From Calditrichaceae bacterium (lineage in GTDB: Bacteria > Calditrichota > Calditrichia > Calditrichales > JBFXGD01): 64,000 bases of DNA. The notes beneath the pieces are model-generated. The model saw nothing but the letters and a program-made list of their open reading frames with translations, was not told the origin of the DNA and ran no database searches. Positions 6,649 through 18,288 of the stretch are shown here, piece after piece. The stretch's first letter is position 1, and every line of letters starts with the position of its first letter. Where the stretch lies: the NCBI GenBank assembly GCA_050173015.1, contig JBFXLE010000003.1, positions 1-64,000 on the forward strand, read 5' to 3'. The translations under genes and the position numbers were made by a program.

Positions 6649-7722
6649 TTATTTGGCCGGCTGAATCGGTAATGTAAAATAGAAGGTACTCCCGCCTTCC
6701 CTGTTGTTATAAAACCCGATATTTCCCTCATGCGCGTCAACGATCAGTTTGGAGACGTACAGACCGAGTCCGAATCCGTTCCGGCTCTTTTCTTTTCTGC
6801 TGCGGTAGTATTTCTTAAACAGAAAATTCATTTCTTCACCGGAAATACCGGGGCCGGAGTCTTTCACCAGGAATCGTATGACGGGATCGCTTGATGAAAG
6901 TTTGACCGCCTGGACTTCAATGCGCACCACTCCCTTTGGCGGGCTGTGTCTAATGGCGTTCGTAACGATATTGATAAAAACGCGTTGAATTGCCCGCTGA
7001 TCCAGACAAATGTCCGGAAGATTTGAATCAATCTGAAGTTTAAATTTTATATCCTTTTTATCCGCCTGGATCCATAAGGAACGTACGGTTTCCTCGATGA
7101 AAATTTTAAGCTTTACCGGCTCTTTCGAAAATTGGAGACTCCGTGATTCATACTGATAAACACGGCTGAGTTCATCCAACAGATCGGTGGTATTATCCCC
7201 GAGAGTAATCGCGTTGTGAAGAATCTGATTCTGTCCCTCATTTATGCTTCCGAAGACCTCATCCTTCAGAAGTTCCAGATAACCGAGAATACTCTGCATG
7301 GGAGATCTGAGATCATGAATAATCATTGCGGAAAATTCGGTCTGGGATTTTCTTCTGGTCGCGATTCTGATAAAACCCGGAAACAACCTTGCGACCGTTT
7401 CCTTATCCCGTAAATCGTTTTCCGATAAATTAAAATCAAAATTCTCATTGTTCTCAGCAGCTTTGGGATAAAAACAGCAGGATACAGCCATTAATAAATC
7501 ACCCGATACATTCTCAATCAGTGATTTTATCTCTTTACGGAAGGGGTCGGCAAAGAATATAATGACGTCATAACTTTCATTCAGCAGGGAATCACGGAAC
7601 TGGTTCGCGTTATCATCAACATGGACATCTATATGATATTTGTTAAATTGCTCCACAATCAGTGATACGTATTTGGATTGAGTCTGATTAAAAATTAAAG
7701 CCAGAGGCTTTGACGGATCCAA
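6649..7722 (-). CDS. Cytoplasmic sensor histidine kinase (degenerate receiver-like N-terminus, HisKA, HATPase)
   Basis: HDLRSPM H-box, NAIRH N-box, DSGPG, GFGLGL. Confidence 0.9.
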   Translation of the reverse strand: MDPSKPLALIFNQTQSKYVSLIVEQFNKYHIDVHVDDNANQFRDSLLNESYDVIIFFADPFRKEIKSLIENVSGDLLMAVSCCFYPKAAENNENFDFNLSENDLRDKETVARLFPGFIRIATRRKSQTEFSAMIIHDLRSPMQSILGYLELLKDEVFGSINEGQNQILHNAITLGDNTTDLLDELSRVYQYESRSLQFSKEPVKLKIFIEETVRSLWIQADKKDIKFKLQIDSNLPDICLDQRAIQRVFINIVTNAIRHSPPKGVVRIEVQAVKLSSSDPVIRFLVKDSGPGISGEEMNFLFKKYYRSRKEKSRNGFGLGLYVSKLIVDAHEGNIGFYNNREGGSTFYFTLPIQPAK

Positions 7723-7723
7723 T

Positions 7724-8506
7724 TTATTTTCCTCTAAAATTTGCCTTACGTTTTTCGAGAAAGGCCGAGGTTCCTTCTTTCATGTCTTCGGTCGCGCAGG
7801 CCTTCCCGAAATATGACGCTTCTATATTTAACGCCTTTTCAAGATCTGTGTTCAGACCTTCATTCACGGCATTCAGAACATAACGGACAGCCAGCGGTCC
7901 TTTTGATAAAATCTGGCCAAGCATTTTCTGCCCGGCTTCTTTCAGTTCCGCTGTCGCAACAACCTTATTGACAAGACCGATCTCGTGGGCGCGCTGAGCG
8001 CCGATCATCTCTCCGGATAAGAGATATTGTAACGCAATCCCTTTGCCAATGATTCTGGGCATCCGCTGCGTGCCGCCATAACCCGGAATAATTCCAAGAT
8101 TCACTTCCGGCTGACCGAATTTGGCCTCTTCGCCGGCGATACGCAGATGGCACGCCATCGCGAGCTCACATCCGCCGCCAAGCGCGTAACCGTTAACAAG
8201 CGCGATAACCGGTTTACCAAGCTGCTCGATCAAATTAAAAGCCGCTTGTCCCGCGGCAGCGAATTTTCGACCTTCATCCGCGCCAAGATTCTGAATTTCG
8301 GAGATATCCGCTCCGGCGACAAAGGCTTTTTCACCCGCGCCGGTGAGTAAAACACCCCCGACAGAATCATTAGCGCTTAATTTACGGAATACATCCGCTA
8401 ATTCTGTGACGGTTTCCACGTTTAGGGCATTTAATTTCTCAGGTCGGTTGATTAAAATGGTCGCGATGGGGGGATTTATTTCGACTATGATGTTTTTATA
8501 AGACAT
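7724..8506 (-). CDS. Enoyl-CoA hydratase (crotonase family)
   Basis: FVAGADI, GGGCELA, QPEVNLG (both catalytic Glu present). Confidence 0.93.
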   Translation of the reverse strand: MSYKNIIVEINPPIATILINRPEKLNALNVETVTELADVFRKLSANDSVGGVLLTGAGEKAFVAGADISEIQNLGADEGRKFAAAGQAAFNLIEQLGKPVIALVNGYALGGGCELAMACHLRIAGEEAKFGQPEVNLGIIPGYGGTQRMPRIIGKGIALQYLLSGEMIGAQRAHEIGLVNKVVATAELKEAGQKMLGQILSKGPLAVRYVLNAVNEGLNTDLEKALNIEASYFGKACATEDMKEGTSAFLEKRKANFRGK

Positions 8507-8671
8507 ATAACCTCCTTATAAGATAGCATTTTATATGGGGTAACCCGAATCAGCCACTTTATTTAATCGAACTCATTCAGCGACGCGGGTCAAAATAATC
8601 AGAACAGACATATTTGACAGGTTAAGCATCATTGAAAACTTACCGGGATTGTTTTGGCATCTCAATATGGA

Positions 8672-9736
8672 TTAGATTAACTCCACACGGCTTTGATCGC
8701 CGATTAAAAACCGGTGCGTTCTTGGACGGCTGCCCGCTTTTACAATTTCCACATCATGACCGAGCAGACTGTGCTCAATCCGGATATCGACATTGGTAAT
8801 CTTGCATTCTTTCAGTAAAATACTAAACTCCACTTCACTGTTCCGGATGACGCAATCATCATATATAGATGTGAACGGTCCCACATAGCTGTTTTCAATA
8901 ACAGTGTTTTTCCCGATAATCGCGGGTCCACGCACCGTCGAATTTATTATTTTCGCGCCCTTTTCAATGATCACTTTTCCCGTTACAAAGCTTTTATCAT
9001 CGACGCTGCCCTTGATAGATCCGGTGACGTTATCAAGTATCAAGCGGTTGGCTTCCAGCAGATCGTAAGGTTTACCGGTATCCTTCCACCAACCTGTTAT
9101 CTCCGAATATGTCACTTTATAGCCCTTATCGAGAAGGTATTGATGGGCATCGGAGATCTCAAGCTCCCCGCGGGCGCTCGGTTTGATATTATTTACGGCT
9201 TCGAAGATGTTCTTATCATAGAGATAGATTCCGGAGACGGCGAAATTGCTTTTGGGGACTTTGGGCTTCTCTTCGATTCTTACGATCCGGTCTCCGGTAA
9301 TCTCCGGCACGCCAAAACGTTCCGGATCCTGAACTTTCGCAAGAGTGAGGTGACAGTTGCTGGCGTTCTTTTGAAACGCGTCGATAAATCTTTTCAGACC
9401 GCCCACAACCATGTTATCACCGAGATAAAAAACAAACGGATCATCGCCGATAAAGTCCCGGGATATTTTGACCACATGGGCCAGTCCGAGCGGCGCTTCC
9501 TGAGCGATATATGTAATATTCACGCCCCACTCCGACCCGTCGCCGATCGCGTCAGGAACGGCGGTGGATTCAGCGCTGTAAACAATACCGATCTCTTTAA
9601 TACCGGCTTCCGCGGCATATTCAATGGCGTAATGCAGAATGGGTTTATTGGCAATCGGGATTAGATGTTTGTTTTGAGTATGGGTCAAAGGGCGCAACCT
9701 GCTCCCCCTGCCGCCGCTGGTGATTAATGCCTTCAT
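8672..9736 (-). CDS. Glucose-1-phosphate thymidylyltransferase, long form
   Basis: GGRGSRLRPLT, EEKP, ARGELEI, WWKDTG, C-terminal beta-helix repeats. Confidence 0.9.
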   Translation of the reverse strand: MKALITSGGRGSRLRPLTHTQNKHLIPIANKPILHYAIEYAAEAGIKEIGIVYSAESTAVPDAIGDGSEWGVNITYIAQEAPLGLAHVVKISRDFIGDDPFVFYLGDNMVVGGLKRFIDAFQKNASNCHLTLAKVQDPERFGVPEITGDRIVRIEEKPKVPKSNFAVSGIYLYDKNIFEAVNNIKPSARGELEISDAHQYLLDKGYKVTYSEITGWWKDTGKPYDLLEANRLILDNVTGSIKGSVDDKSFVTGKVIIEKGAKIINSTVRGPAIIGKNTVIENSYVGPFTSIYDDCVIRNSEVEFSILLKECKITNVDIRIEHSLLGHDVEIVKAGSRPRTHRFLIGDQSRVELI

Positions 9737-9860
9737 CGAATCGGTCCCTCATTTTTAATCGAAAGAATCGGGTTATTCAAATTTTCAGAAAAACAATTTA
9801 TATATAGAATAAAAATATAGACATTTAGTCACAAAGGAGCAATTAATTTCAATCTTTCGC

Positions 9861-9889
9861 TTGAAAAAAATTTATAATGTTTATATATT
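9861..9889 (+). promoter_or_regulatory. Sigma70-like promoter of groEL
   Basis: TTGAAA-17 nt-TATATT overlapping CIRCE. Confidence 0.6.
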
Positions 9890-9914
9890 AGCACTCTTTA
9901 CACGAGAGTGCTAT
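9888..9914. promoter_or_regulatory. CIRCE element (HrcA operator)
   Basis: TTAGCACTC-N9-GAGTGCTAT (one mismatch to consensus). Confidence 0.93.
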
Positions 9915-10003
9915 CACATTAATTTATTAAAAAATTAAGATCTAGAAAAAATTGTAACTCCCGGTTACATTTTTAATCTAAAGAGGCAACTAAAAATAAA
10001 TAA

Positions 10004-11665
<1,662 letters not shown>

Positions 11666-11684
11666 GAGATCGCCTTTAGAATTT

Positions 11685-11722
11685 AAAACGGGATATATTC
11701 AATGTATATCCCGTTTTTTTTT
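11685..11722 (+). terminator. Terminator after groEL
   Basis: AAAACGGGATATA...TATATCCCGTTTTTTTTT. Confidence 0.85.
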
Positions 11723-11750
11723 GGGTCTGAACGATGTTCCCCCTTTTTTA

Positions 11751-11779
11751 TTGACTCAAATTAGCAATCTGACTATATT
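11751..11779 (+). promoter_or_regulatory. Sigma70-like promoter of folB operon
   Basis: TTGACT-17 nt-TATATT. Confidence 0.55.
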
Positions 11780-11880
11780 TGAAATTAAACTTTCTTACAA
11801 TAATCCTGATTTTTTAGAGGCTTAAGAGAGTAAAAAATTGATTTAATCACAAGCGGTCAAATGGAACAGCAGGGTTTATT

Positions 11881-12237
11881 TTGGATATTATTCGCTTAAA
11901 AAATATGACGTTTTACGCCCATCACGGATATTACGAGGCAGAGCGCGAACTCGGTCAGAAATTTGAAGTTGATATTGAAGTCGAATGCGACCTCGAACCG
12001 GCCTCAAGTGATGATGATCTGAAAAAAACAATCGATTACCGGGCGATCTATCAAATCGCCAAAGAAGCCTTTGAAAATTATAAATTTAAGCTTATCGAAA
12101 CCGTGGCTGAAAAAATTGCCGGAAAAATTCTCCTTTTACCGGGCATACACACTGTCCTGATCCGGGTCAGGAAGCCGCATGTCCCGATGAACGGGCTTCT
12201 TGATTATGTGGAAATCGAAATTTTTCGTAAAAAATAA
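11881..12237 (+). CDS. folB: Dihydroneopterin aldolase
   Basis: FYAHHG, ERELGQKF, TIDY, LIETVAE, RVRKP. Confidence 0.95.
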   Translation: MDIIRLKNMTFYAHHGYYEAERELGQKFEVDIEVECDLEPASSDDDLKKTIDYRAIYQIAKEAFENYKFKLIETVAEKIAGKILLLPGIHTVLIRVRKPHVPMNGLLDYVEIEIFRKK

Positions 12238-12245
12238 GATGATAA

Positions 12246-12728
12246 ATGAAATACATATTGTCCCTGGGAGCTAATACAGAATCAAGAGAACAATCTTTAG
12301 AAAAAGCGATACAAAGCCTGAATCAACTTGGCAGAATCGAAAAAAGATCGAAAATATACGAGACAGAGCCGGTCGGCATCAGGAATCAGGCCGATTTTCT
12401 AAACATGATCTGTCTGTTTGATACCGGTCTTAGGCCATTCCGTCTTTTGAGAAAACTGAAGGGTATCGAAACAGCCTTAGGGCGTGTCCGAGCTCAAAGA
12501 TGGGGATCCAGGGTCATTGATATCGATATGCTCGACTGGGATGGCGGGCGGATCAAGTCATCTATACTGGAAATTCCGCACCAACAGATGGAACTGAGAA
12601 AATTCGTCCTTCTGCCGCTTCGCGAAATTTTACCGGATTATAAAAACCGTAGTGAACAAACAATTAAGCAACTAATAGAGAACTGCCCGGACCGAAGTGA
12701 AATATGGGCATACAAAGATCAGTGGTAA
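12246..12728 (+). CDS. folK: 2-amino-4-hydroxy-6-hydroxymethyldihydropteridine diphosphokinase
   Basis: LSLGAN, YETEP, FLN, RWGSRVIDID, IPH. Confidence 0.95.
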   Translation: MKYILSLGANTESREQSLEKAIQSLNQLGRIEKRSKIYETEPVGIRNQADFLNMICLFDTGLRPFRLLRKLKGIETALGRVRAQRWGSRVIDIDMLDWDGGRIKSSILEIPHQQMELRKFVLLPLREILPDYKNRSEQTIKQLIENCPDRSEIWAYKDQW

Positions 12729-12731
12729 AAA

Positions 12732-13376
12732 ATGTCTTTTGAAAAACTCCGTTATATTGCAATCGAAGGTGTGATCGGGGCCGGAAAAACCACTCTGGCG
12801 AATATGCTCTGTGAAACCCTGCAGGCAGAGCTGGTTCTGGAAGAATTTGAGCAGAATCCCTTCCTGGAAGAATTTTATAACGACCCCGTGCGGTATTCAT
12901 TCCAGACTCAGATCTTCTTTCTGCTCAGCCGTTTCCGGCAGCAGGAAAACCTGAGGCAACTTGATTTATTCAGGAAACAAATTGTCAGCGATTATATGTT
13001 CGAAAAAGACCGGATATTCGCGACGCTCAATCTCTCTGACAAGGAAATGAAACTATATGACGGTATCGCCCGTTTAATGGAACGTGAAATTCCTGTACCT
13101 GATCTGGTTATTTATCTTCAGGCATCGACAAATCACCTGATGGATAATATTCAAAAACGTGGGCGTTCCTACGAAAAAAATATGGCTCAGGATTATATTG
13201 CCGAGTTAAATGAGTTATATAATTCGTTCTTTCTGCGGTACAATAAAACGCCTCTGTTGATTATCAATACGGATGAGCTTGATTTTCTGAATGAGGAACG
13301 GGATTATGATGATATCCTCAAAGAAATACGGCATCATCCAACGGGGACACGATATTTTGTTTCAAAAAAGAAATAG
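12732..13376 (+). CDS. Deoxynucleoside kinase
   Basis: IAIEGVIGAGKTT P-loop, NPFL, KRGRSYE. Confidence 0.92.
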   Translation: MSFEKLRYIAIEGVIGAGKTTLANMLCETLQAELVLEEFEQNPFLEEFYNDPVRYSFQTQIFFLLSRFRQQENLRQLDLFRKQIVSDYMFEKDRIFATLNLSDKEMKLYDGIARLMEREIPVPDLVIYLQASTNHLMDNIQKRGRSYEKNMAQDYIAELNELYNSFFLRYNKTPLLIINTDELDFLNEERDYDDILKEIRHHPTGTRYFVSKKK

Positions 13377-13385
13377 AGGCTGACC

Positions 13386-13568
13386 ATGCTGCGATTTATT
13401 ATATTATTTATAATCGCTTATCTTTCATACCGATATATCAAACGTCTTCTGGCCGGATTCAGTTCTGGCCCGGGACCAAAAAGAAGCGGGAATGTTAAAA
13501 CAAAGGATGATTTTCAGAAACGTTATCGAAATAAAATAGATGATGCGGATTATGAAGAAATCGAATGA
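13386..13568 (+). CDS. Small membrane-anchored protein
   Basis: N-terminal TM helix, C-terminal IDDADYEEIE motif; GAGG RBS. Confidence 0.75.
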   Translation: MLRFIILFIIAYLSYRYIKRLLAGFSSGPGPKRSGNVKTKDDFQKRYRNKIDDADYEEIE

Positions 13569-14877
13569 GGAAACAAGAAACATAGGGTCATCCGAAGCTG
13601 ATCTGCCGGATGAAATCCTCAAACTTCAGGAAGAAAACAATTATCTTCAATCCCTCCTTAAAATTTCAGAATCGCTTATCTCCATCACAAATCAGGATAC
13701 ACTTTATCATCTTGCGGCAGAAGTTATTTGTGAACTTTTAAACGCGGACCGCGCGTATTTATACCTCATAAACAAAGACAAGCGGGAACTCAGATCAAAA
13801 ACACCCGGCGGTGACAGACGCGAACTCCGTATCCCGCTGAATACCGGTATCGCCGGTTATGTGGCAACCACAGGCGAGACCCTGAATATTCCCGATCCGT
13901 ATAAGGATGCGCGATTTAGTCCGAAATATGATATAGAAGATGGCTACCCGGTAAAAAACATTCTGGCAACCGCGCTTAAAAACAGCGGTAATGAGATCAT
14001 CGGAGTTATTCTGGCCCTAAATCACCATTATGGCCCGTTTGGTGCATCTCAGGCGCGTCTTTTGGAATCAATTGCTCAGATGACGGTCCATGCCGTTGAA
14101 AATGTACGTATGCATGAGGAACAGAAAAGATCATTTGAAAGCTTTATTGAAACCCTTTCAACAACCCTGGACGCGCGTGATTATATTACATCCGGCCACT
14201 CGAGACGGGTGACACTTTACGCGGTTGAAATTGCAAAATTAATGAAATTGTCTTCTGACGAAATCAATACCATCCGATATGCCTCACTGCTTCATGATAT
14301 CGGGAAAATAGGCGTCCCTGAGATGGTTCTTTTTAAAAATAAACAACTGACGGAAGATGAATACGAGATTATCAAACGGCACGCGAATATCACAAAAAGT
14401 ATCCTGAGTAAAATCCAGTTTCAGAAGAAATTCCTGGATATCCCTCAAATCGCGGCCACGCATCATGAAAGAATAGACGGCTCCGGCTACCCGGAGGGGC
14501 TCACCGGTCAGGAAATCCCGCTCGGCGGCAAAATTTTGTCCGTATGCGATGTATTCGATGCGCTGACGTCAAGACGCCATTATAATGACCGGTTAAATTT
14601 TGATAAAGTGATCCTGCTGCTCGATCAGGAAACCGGCACCTCTTTCGAACCATTTGTCGTTTATCACTTTAAAAATATTCGGCTTAATAAACTGATCCAG
14701 GTTCTTGAATTCGGACATCAGAGGAATCTTGATCACGCTGATCTCGAAAAATTGAAAGACTACACCCTAAAGGACCTCATAAATATTATGAATACCCAGC
14801 CGTCAAAGAAATCGGCTGAGAACGCGGAAATTGAACATATATTTAACCGCTATTATTCAAGAAAGTATCGTCACTGA
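13540..14877 (+). CDS. GAF + HD-GYP cyclic-di-nucleotide phosphodiesterase
   Basis: GIAGYVATTGETLNI (GAF); GHSRRV, LLHDIGKIG, HHERIDGSGYP; start may be 13552. Confidence 0.92.
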   Translation: MMRIMKKSNEETRNIGSSEADLPDEILKLQEENNYLQSLLKISESLISITNQDTLYHLAAEVICELLNADRAYLYLINKDKRELRSKTPGGDRRELRIPLNTGIAGYVATTGETLNIPDPYKDARFSPKYDIEDGYPVKNILATALKNSGNEIIGVILALNHHYGPFGASQARLLESIAQMTVHAVENVRMHEEQKRSFESFIETLSTTLDARDYITSGHSRRVTLYAVEIAKLMKLSSDEINTIRYASLLHDIGKIGVPEMVLFKNKQLTEDEYEIIKRHANITKSILSKIQFQKKFLDIPQIAATHHERIDGSGYPEGLTGQEIPLGGKILSVCDVFDALTSRRHYNDRLNFDKVILLLDQETGTSFEPFVVYHFKNIRLNKLIQVLEFGHQRNLDHADLEKLKDYTLKDLINIMNTQPSKKSAENAEIEHIFNRYYSRKYRH

Positions 14878-14894
14878 TTCTAACCGGCCAAAAC

Positions 14895-14920
14895 AAAAAA
14901 AAGCAGCCCGCGCGGCTGCT
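14895..14920 (-). terminator. Terminator after SNF2 gene
   Basis: AGCAGCC-GCGCG-GGCTGC + T8. Confidence 0.7.
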
Positions 14921-14953
14921 CTCCATATCTTTATTTCATTCTTCCCGGTAAAA

Positions 14954-17900
14954 CTATTCGAACAATTCAATAATATCCGTTTTAGAAAGTGATTTGAAAA
15001 ATGATTCTTCAGTCGATATAAGCGATTCAACCAATTCACGTTTCTGATTTTGCAGTTTAACAATTTTCTCTTCGACGCTGTCTTTGGATATGAGTTTATA
15101 GGCAAAGACCTTTCTGGTCTGACCGATGCGGTAAGCGCGGTCTGTTGCCTGCATCTCAACCGCCGGATTCCACCAGGGATCATAATGAATCACATAATCC
15201 GCCGCTGTCAGATTTAAACCGGTTCCACCCGCCTTGAGACTGATCAGGAATGTCCGGATATTGTCATCTTCCTGAAACTGCTTTACCGGCGCTTCCCGGT
15301 CTTTTGTGGATCCGTCCAGGTAGGAATATGGTATATTTTCAGCGTCAAAAAATCGCTTGATAATCTGAAGCATCTGAACGAACTGACTAAAGATCAAAAC
15401 CTTATGCTTTTCCGAGATAATTTCTTCAACCATTTCCTTAAGAGCGTCAAACTTACCGACAGAATCCATATATTGCGGATCGATCAGGCCCGGATGACAG
15501 GCAATCTGCCGTAATTTCATCAGACCTTCAAGGACCTTAAATTTTGATTTATTTAACCCGGTCGATTCAATTTGTTCGATAATCGAATTCCGATAGGATA
15601 GACGCCATTTATCGTATAATCTCTGCTGCTCGTCCGACATGGGAGAATATATGATACTTTCGACTTTGGGCGGCAGCTCCTTTGCCACATCCTCCTTTGT
15701 TCTCCGGAGAATAAATGGAAATATCAGCCTTTTCAGAGTAGATGCCACCTGAACATTCTGCTCTTTTTCGATGGGTTTCATAAAAGAGTCTTTGAAGAAG
15801 ATCTGATCACCCAGCAAACCGGGATTAATGAAAGCAAACTGAGACCATAAATCCATTGTGTTATTCTCAACCGGCGTACCCGTAAGCGCGAGCCTGTTTT
15901 GAGCATGCAGCAAACGCACCGCCTTTGATGTTTCCGAGTGCGGATTTTTTACATTTTGTGATTCATCGAGAATCGCGTAGTTGAACGCGATCTCTTTTAA
16001 GAATACGATATCCCGACGCAGATGTCCGTATGTGGTGAGGATCAACGGATATTTTTTTAATCGTCTGGCATCCTTTGACCGTCTGGTACCATAGTGAACA
16101 TGAAACTCGATCCCGGGTGTAAACCGTTCTATCTCGCGAATCCAGTTAAAGATTACCGAGGTGGGCGCGATGATCAGGTTGGTTTTCTTAGAATTTTTAT
16201 TGATTTCATTTCTAAGCAGACTTAATGCCTGAATTGTCTTCCCCAGACCCATATCATCCGCCAGAATTCCACCGAACGAAAATTCACGCAGAAAATTCAT
16301 CCAATCGTAACCGGCCTTCTGATAGTCCCGGAGCTGCCCAACAAAATTATCCGGCAAATCGTAGTCTTTAATCTTATCAAATTCATCAAGTTTTTGCAGT
16401 TTTTCCTGACTCAGGGCATCAAGTTTTTTGTCTCCCGCTTCAACCAGCAATTTGTCGATAAACGTCAGATGGTGATTTGCGAAACGAATATTATTATCAG
16501 CTACTCTTCCGAAGTTTAGAAGATAATTGAACTTTTCGATAAGCTTTTCCGGAAGCCGCGCGATGCTGCCGTCACGAAGCTTGACGTATTTTTTTTGCGC
16601 TTTTAACGCTTTCTTTAATTCGGCCAGGGTGACAGGTATGTCATCAAATTTCAAATCGAGTTCAATATCAAACCAGTCTGTTTCAGATGAAATATTGACA
16701 CCCAGATTGGCAACGGCCCGTTTGACTTTGAATCTTACAAGACTCTCCTCACCCATCACCTCAAAACCCAAATCCGCCAGTCGCGGTAAACCGTCAAACA
16801 ACCAGTCAAGCGCTTCTTCAAAAGTGGCATAAAACAATCCCGGCGTGTCCTCGATAATTCCGCTCTCAAGAACATGATCCCTTATTTCATTTTCGCCTTG
16901 TCTGTCCCGATGGACACGAATGATCTGACGGGTTTCATTATCATAATGCAAAAACTGATCATTGGCCTGACTGAATGAAATCTCGATATCGTTATAGAAT
17001 AATGAAAGAGACACCACCAACTGATCATCCATTTCCTCGATATAGATTCTCTTACCTGAAATCTTGACAATTTCAGTCACTTCAATTCCCGGAGGAAATT
17101 CCACATAAGGAAAGATGGGCAATTTTGCCAGGTACTCTGAAATGAAGGACTGATACTCATCCTTTGACAGAGAAATTTGCAATTTTTCGTCTATAAATGA
17201 TTTGATATAGGAATAACTCAGCGGAAAATCACAAAAATTCAATTTGGCGTCTCTGTAAAACCAAATCGGATTCACGGTGAGAATCTTTGTGTCCTTATCA
17301 ATTGGAATTTCTTCTTCATCCCTTGTAAAATAAGGCTGAAAATAGTAGCTGTCCTCATTGGTCTGCAGTTTAAATGATAGTTTCCAGGGTTTTTTGCCAA
17401 AACGGATGCGCGTCCCTATGGTGCCGTCCTCGTTTTTGATATGCAGTTCGCTCATCCTCAACAGATTGAAAATCTGTCCTGCATCGAGTCCGAATCCGAG
17501 GTAACTGGTTTCCAGCCTTCCCCGGTAATAGACAGATGATTGTTGCGATTGCAGCCGCTCAAGATAAGAGATCGCGATTAAATCGCCTGAAGTACGAAAA
17601 ACATTTTGCGCCGAAAGTTCGTTGAACGAAGGTTCCTGCACCCGGCCGTAAGTGCCGTCTTTTTTCATATAAACTTTGACCGGTTTTATATTCCAGTAAT
17701 TTTCAAGAATATGGATGATATAGATTAATTTCCAGCGCACTTCCTGAGAAAAATCACTGTCCACCCGCTGTATGGCGATTAATTTCTCAAAATATTCCCG
17801 CCAGTTTGCTCCCACCGACACAGATGACTGATCGGTAACCGCCTGATCCTCAATTACTTTTAGAGCCACCGCGACCGCATGCTTGCAGACATAATTGTAT

Positions 17901-18103
17901 GGACAGGTGCATGTGGCGTCGAACGAACGCTCATCTACGCTTAATCTTACAATATAAGGATATGTTCCCTGAACCGATGCCAGAACGGAAAGATTATCCC
18001 ACTGCTTTATTTTTACACGACCGTCTTTATAATAATCCATACCCTGTCGAAAAATAATGTCCGGTACGCGATCCTTCAAATCTTTAATATCTATTTTCAA
18101 CAT
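14954..18103 (-). CDS. SWIM-finger SNF2-family helicase/ATPase
   Basis: CTCPYNYVCKH; LADDMGLGKT, LDESQ, LTGTP, WWNPA, QATDRAYRIGQ. Confidence 0.95.
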   Translation of the reverse strand: MLKIDIKDLKDRVPDIIFRQGMDYYKDGRVKIKQWDNLSVLASVQGTYPYIVRLSVDERSFDATCTCPYNYVCKHAVAVALKVIEDQAVTDQSSVSVGANWREYFEKLIAIQRVDSDFSQEVRWKLIYIIHILENYWNIKPVKVYMKKDGTYGRVQEPSFNELSAQNVFRTSGDLIAISYLERLQSQQSSVYYRGRLETSYLGFGLDAGQIFNLLRMSELHIKNEDGTIGTRIRFGKKPWKLSFKLQTNEDSYYFQPYFTRDEEEIPIDKDTKILTVNPIWFYRDAKLNFCDFPLSYSYIKSFIDEKLQISLSKDEYQSFISEYLAKLPIFPYVEFPPGIEVTEIVKISGKRIYIEEMDDQLVVSLSLFYNDIEISFSQANDQFLHYDNETRQIIRVHRDRQGENEIRDHVLESGIIEDTPGLFYATFEEALDWLFDGLPRLADLGFEVMGEESLVRFKVKRAVANLGVNISSETDWFDIELDLKFDDIPVTLAELKKALKAQKKYVKLRDGSIARLPEKLIEKFNYLLNFGRVADNNIRFANHHLTFIDKLLVEAGDKKLDALSQEKLQKLDEFDKIKDYDLPDNFVGQLRDYQKAGYDWMNFLREFSFGGILADDMGLGKTIQALSLLRNEINKNSKKTNLIIAPTSVIFNWIREIERFTPGIEFHVHYGTRRSKDARRLKKYPLILTTYGHLRRDIVFLKEIAFNYAILDESQNVKNPHSETSKAVRLLHAQNRLALTGTPVENNTMDLWSQFAFINPGLLGDQIFFKDSFMKPIEKEQNVQVASTLKRLIFPFILRRTKEDVAKELPPKVESIIYSPMSDEQQRLYDKWRLSYRNSIIEQIESTGLNKSKFKVLEGLMKLRQIACHPGLIDPQYMDSVGKFDALKEMVEEIISEKHKVLIFSQFVQMLQIIKRFFDAENIPYSYLDGSTKDREAPVKQFQEDDNIRTFLISLKAGGTGLNLTAADYVIHYDPWWNPAVEMQATDRAYRIGQTRKVFAYKLISKDSVEEKIVKLQNQKRELVESLISTEESFFKSLSKTDIIELFE

Positions 18104-18207
18104 TCAACTCCGTCACATCAACATTTAACAACACCACTATAGGGTAATGAATATAATACATTAATTTTTTGTATTCAAAATGATTTTTAAATTTATTTGT
18201 ATATTTA

Positions 18208-18236
18208 TTGACAAAAACTCCGGTGAACTGTACCAT
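18208..18236 (+). promoter_or_regulatory. Sigma70 promoter
   Basis: TTGACA-17 nt-TACCAT. Confidence 0.6.
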
Positions 18237-18288
18237 TTTGCGGGAAAATTCTATAAATTATTCGATCACTGAATCTATATGGCATTAT

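Noticed and set aside
14954-18103. SNF2 helicase as part of an anti-phage system
   Set aside because: It is a stand-alone SWIM-SNF2 gene among housekeeping genes with no methylase or nuclease partners
18208-18288. 27-aa N-terminal extension of the YciB-Nudix ORF
   Set aside because: The TTG start is the -35 box of a TTGACA-17-TACCAT promoter
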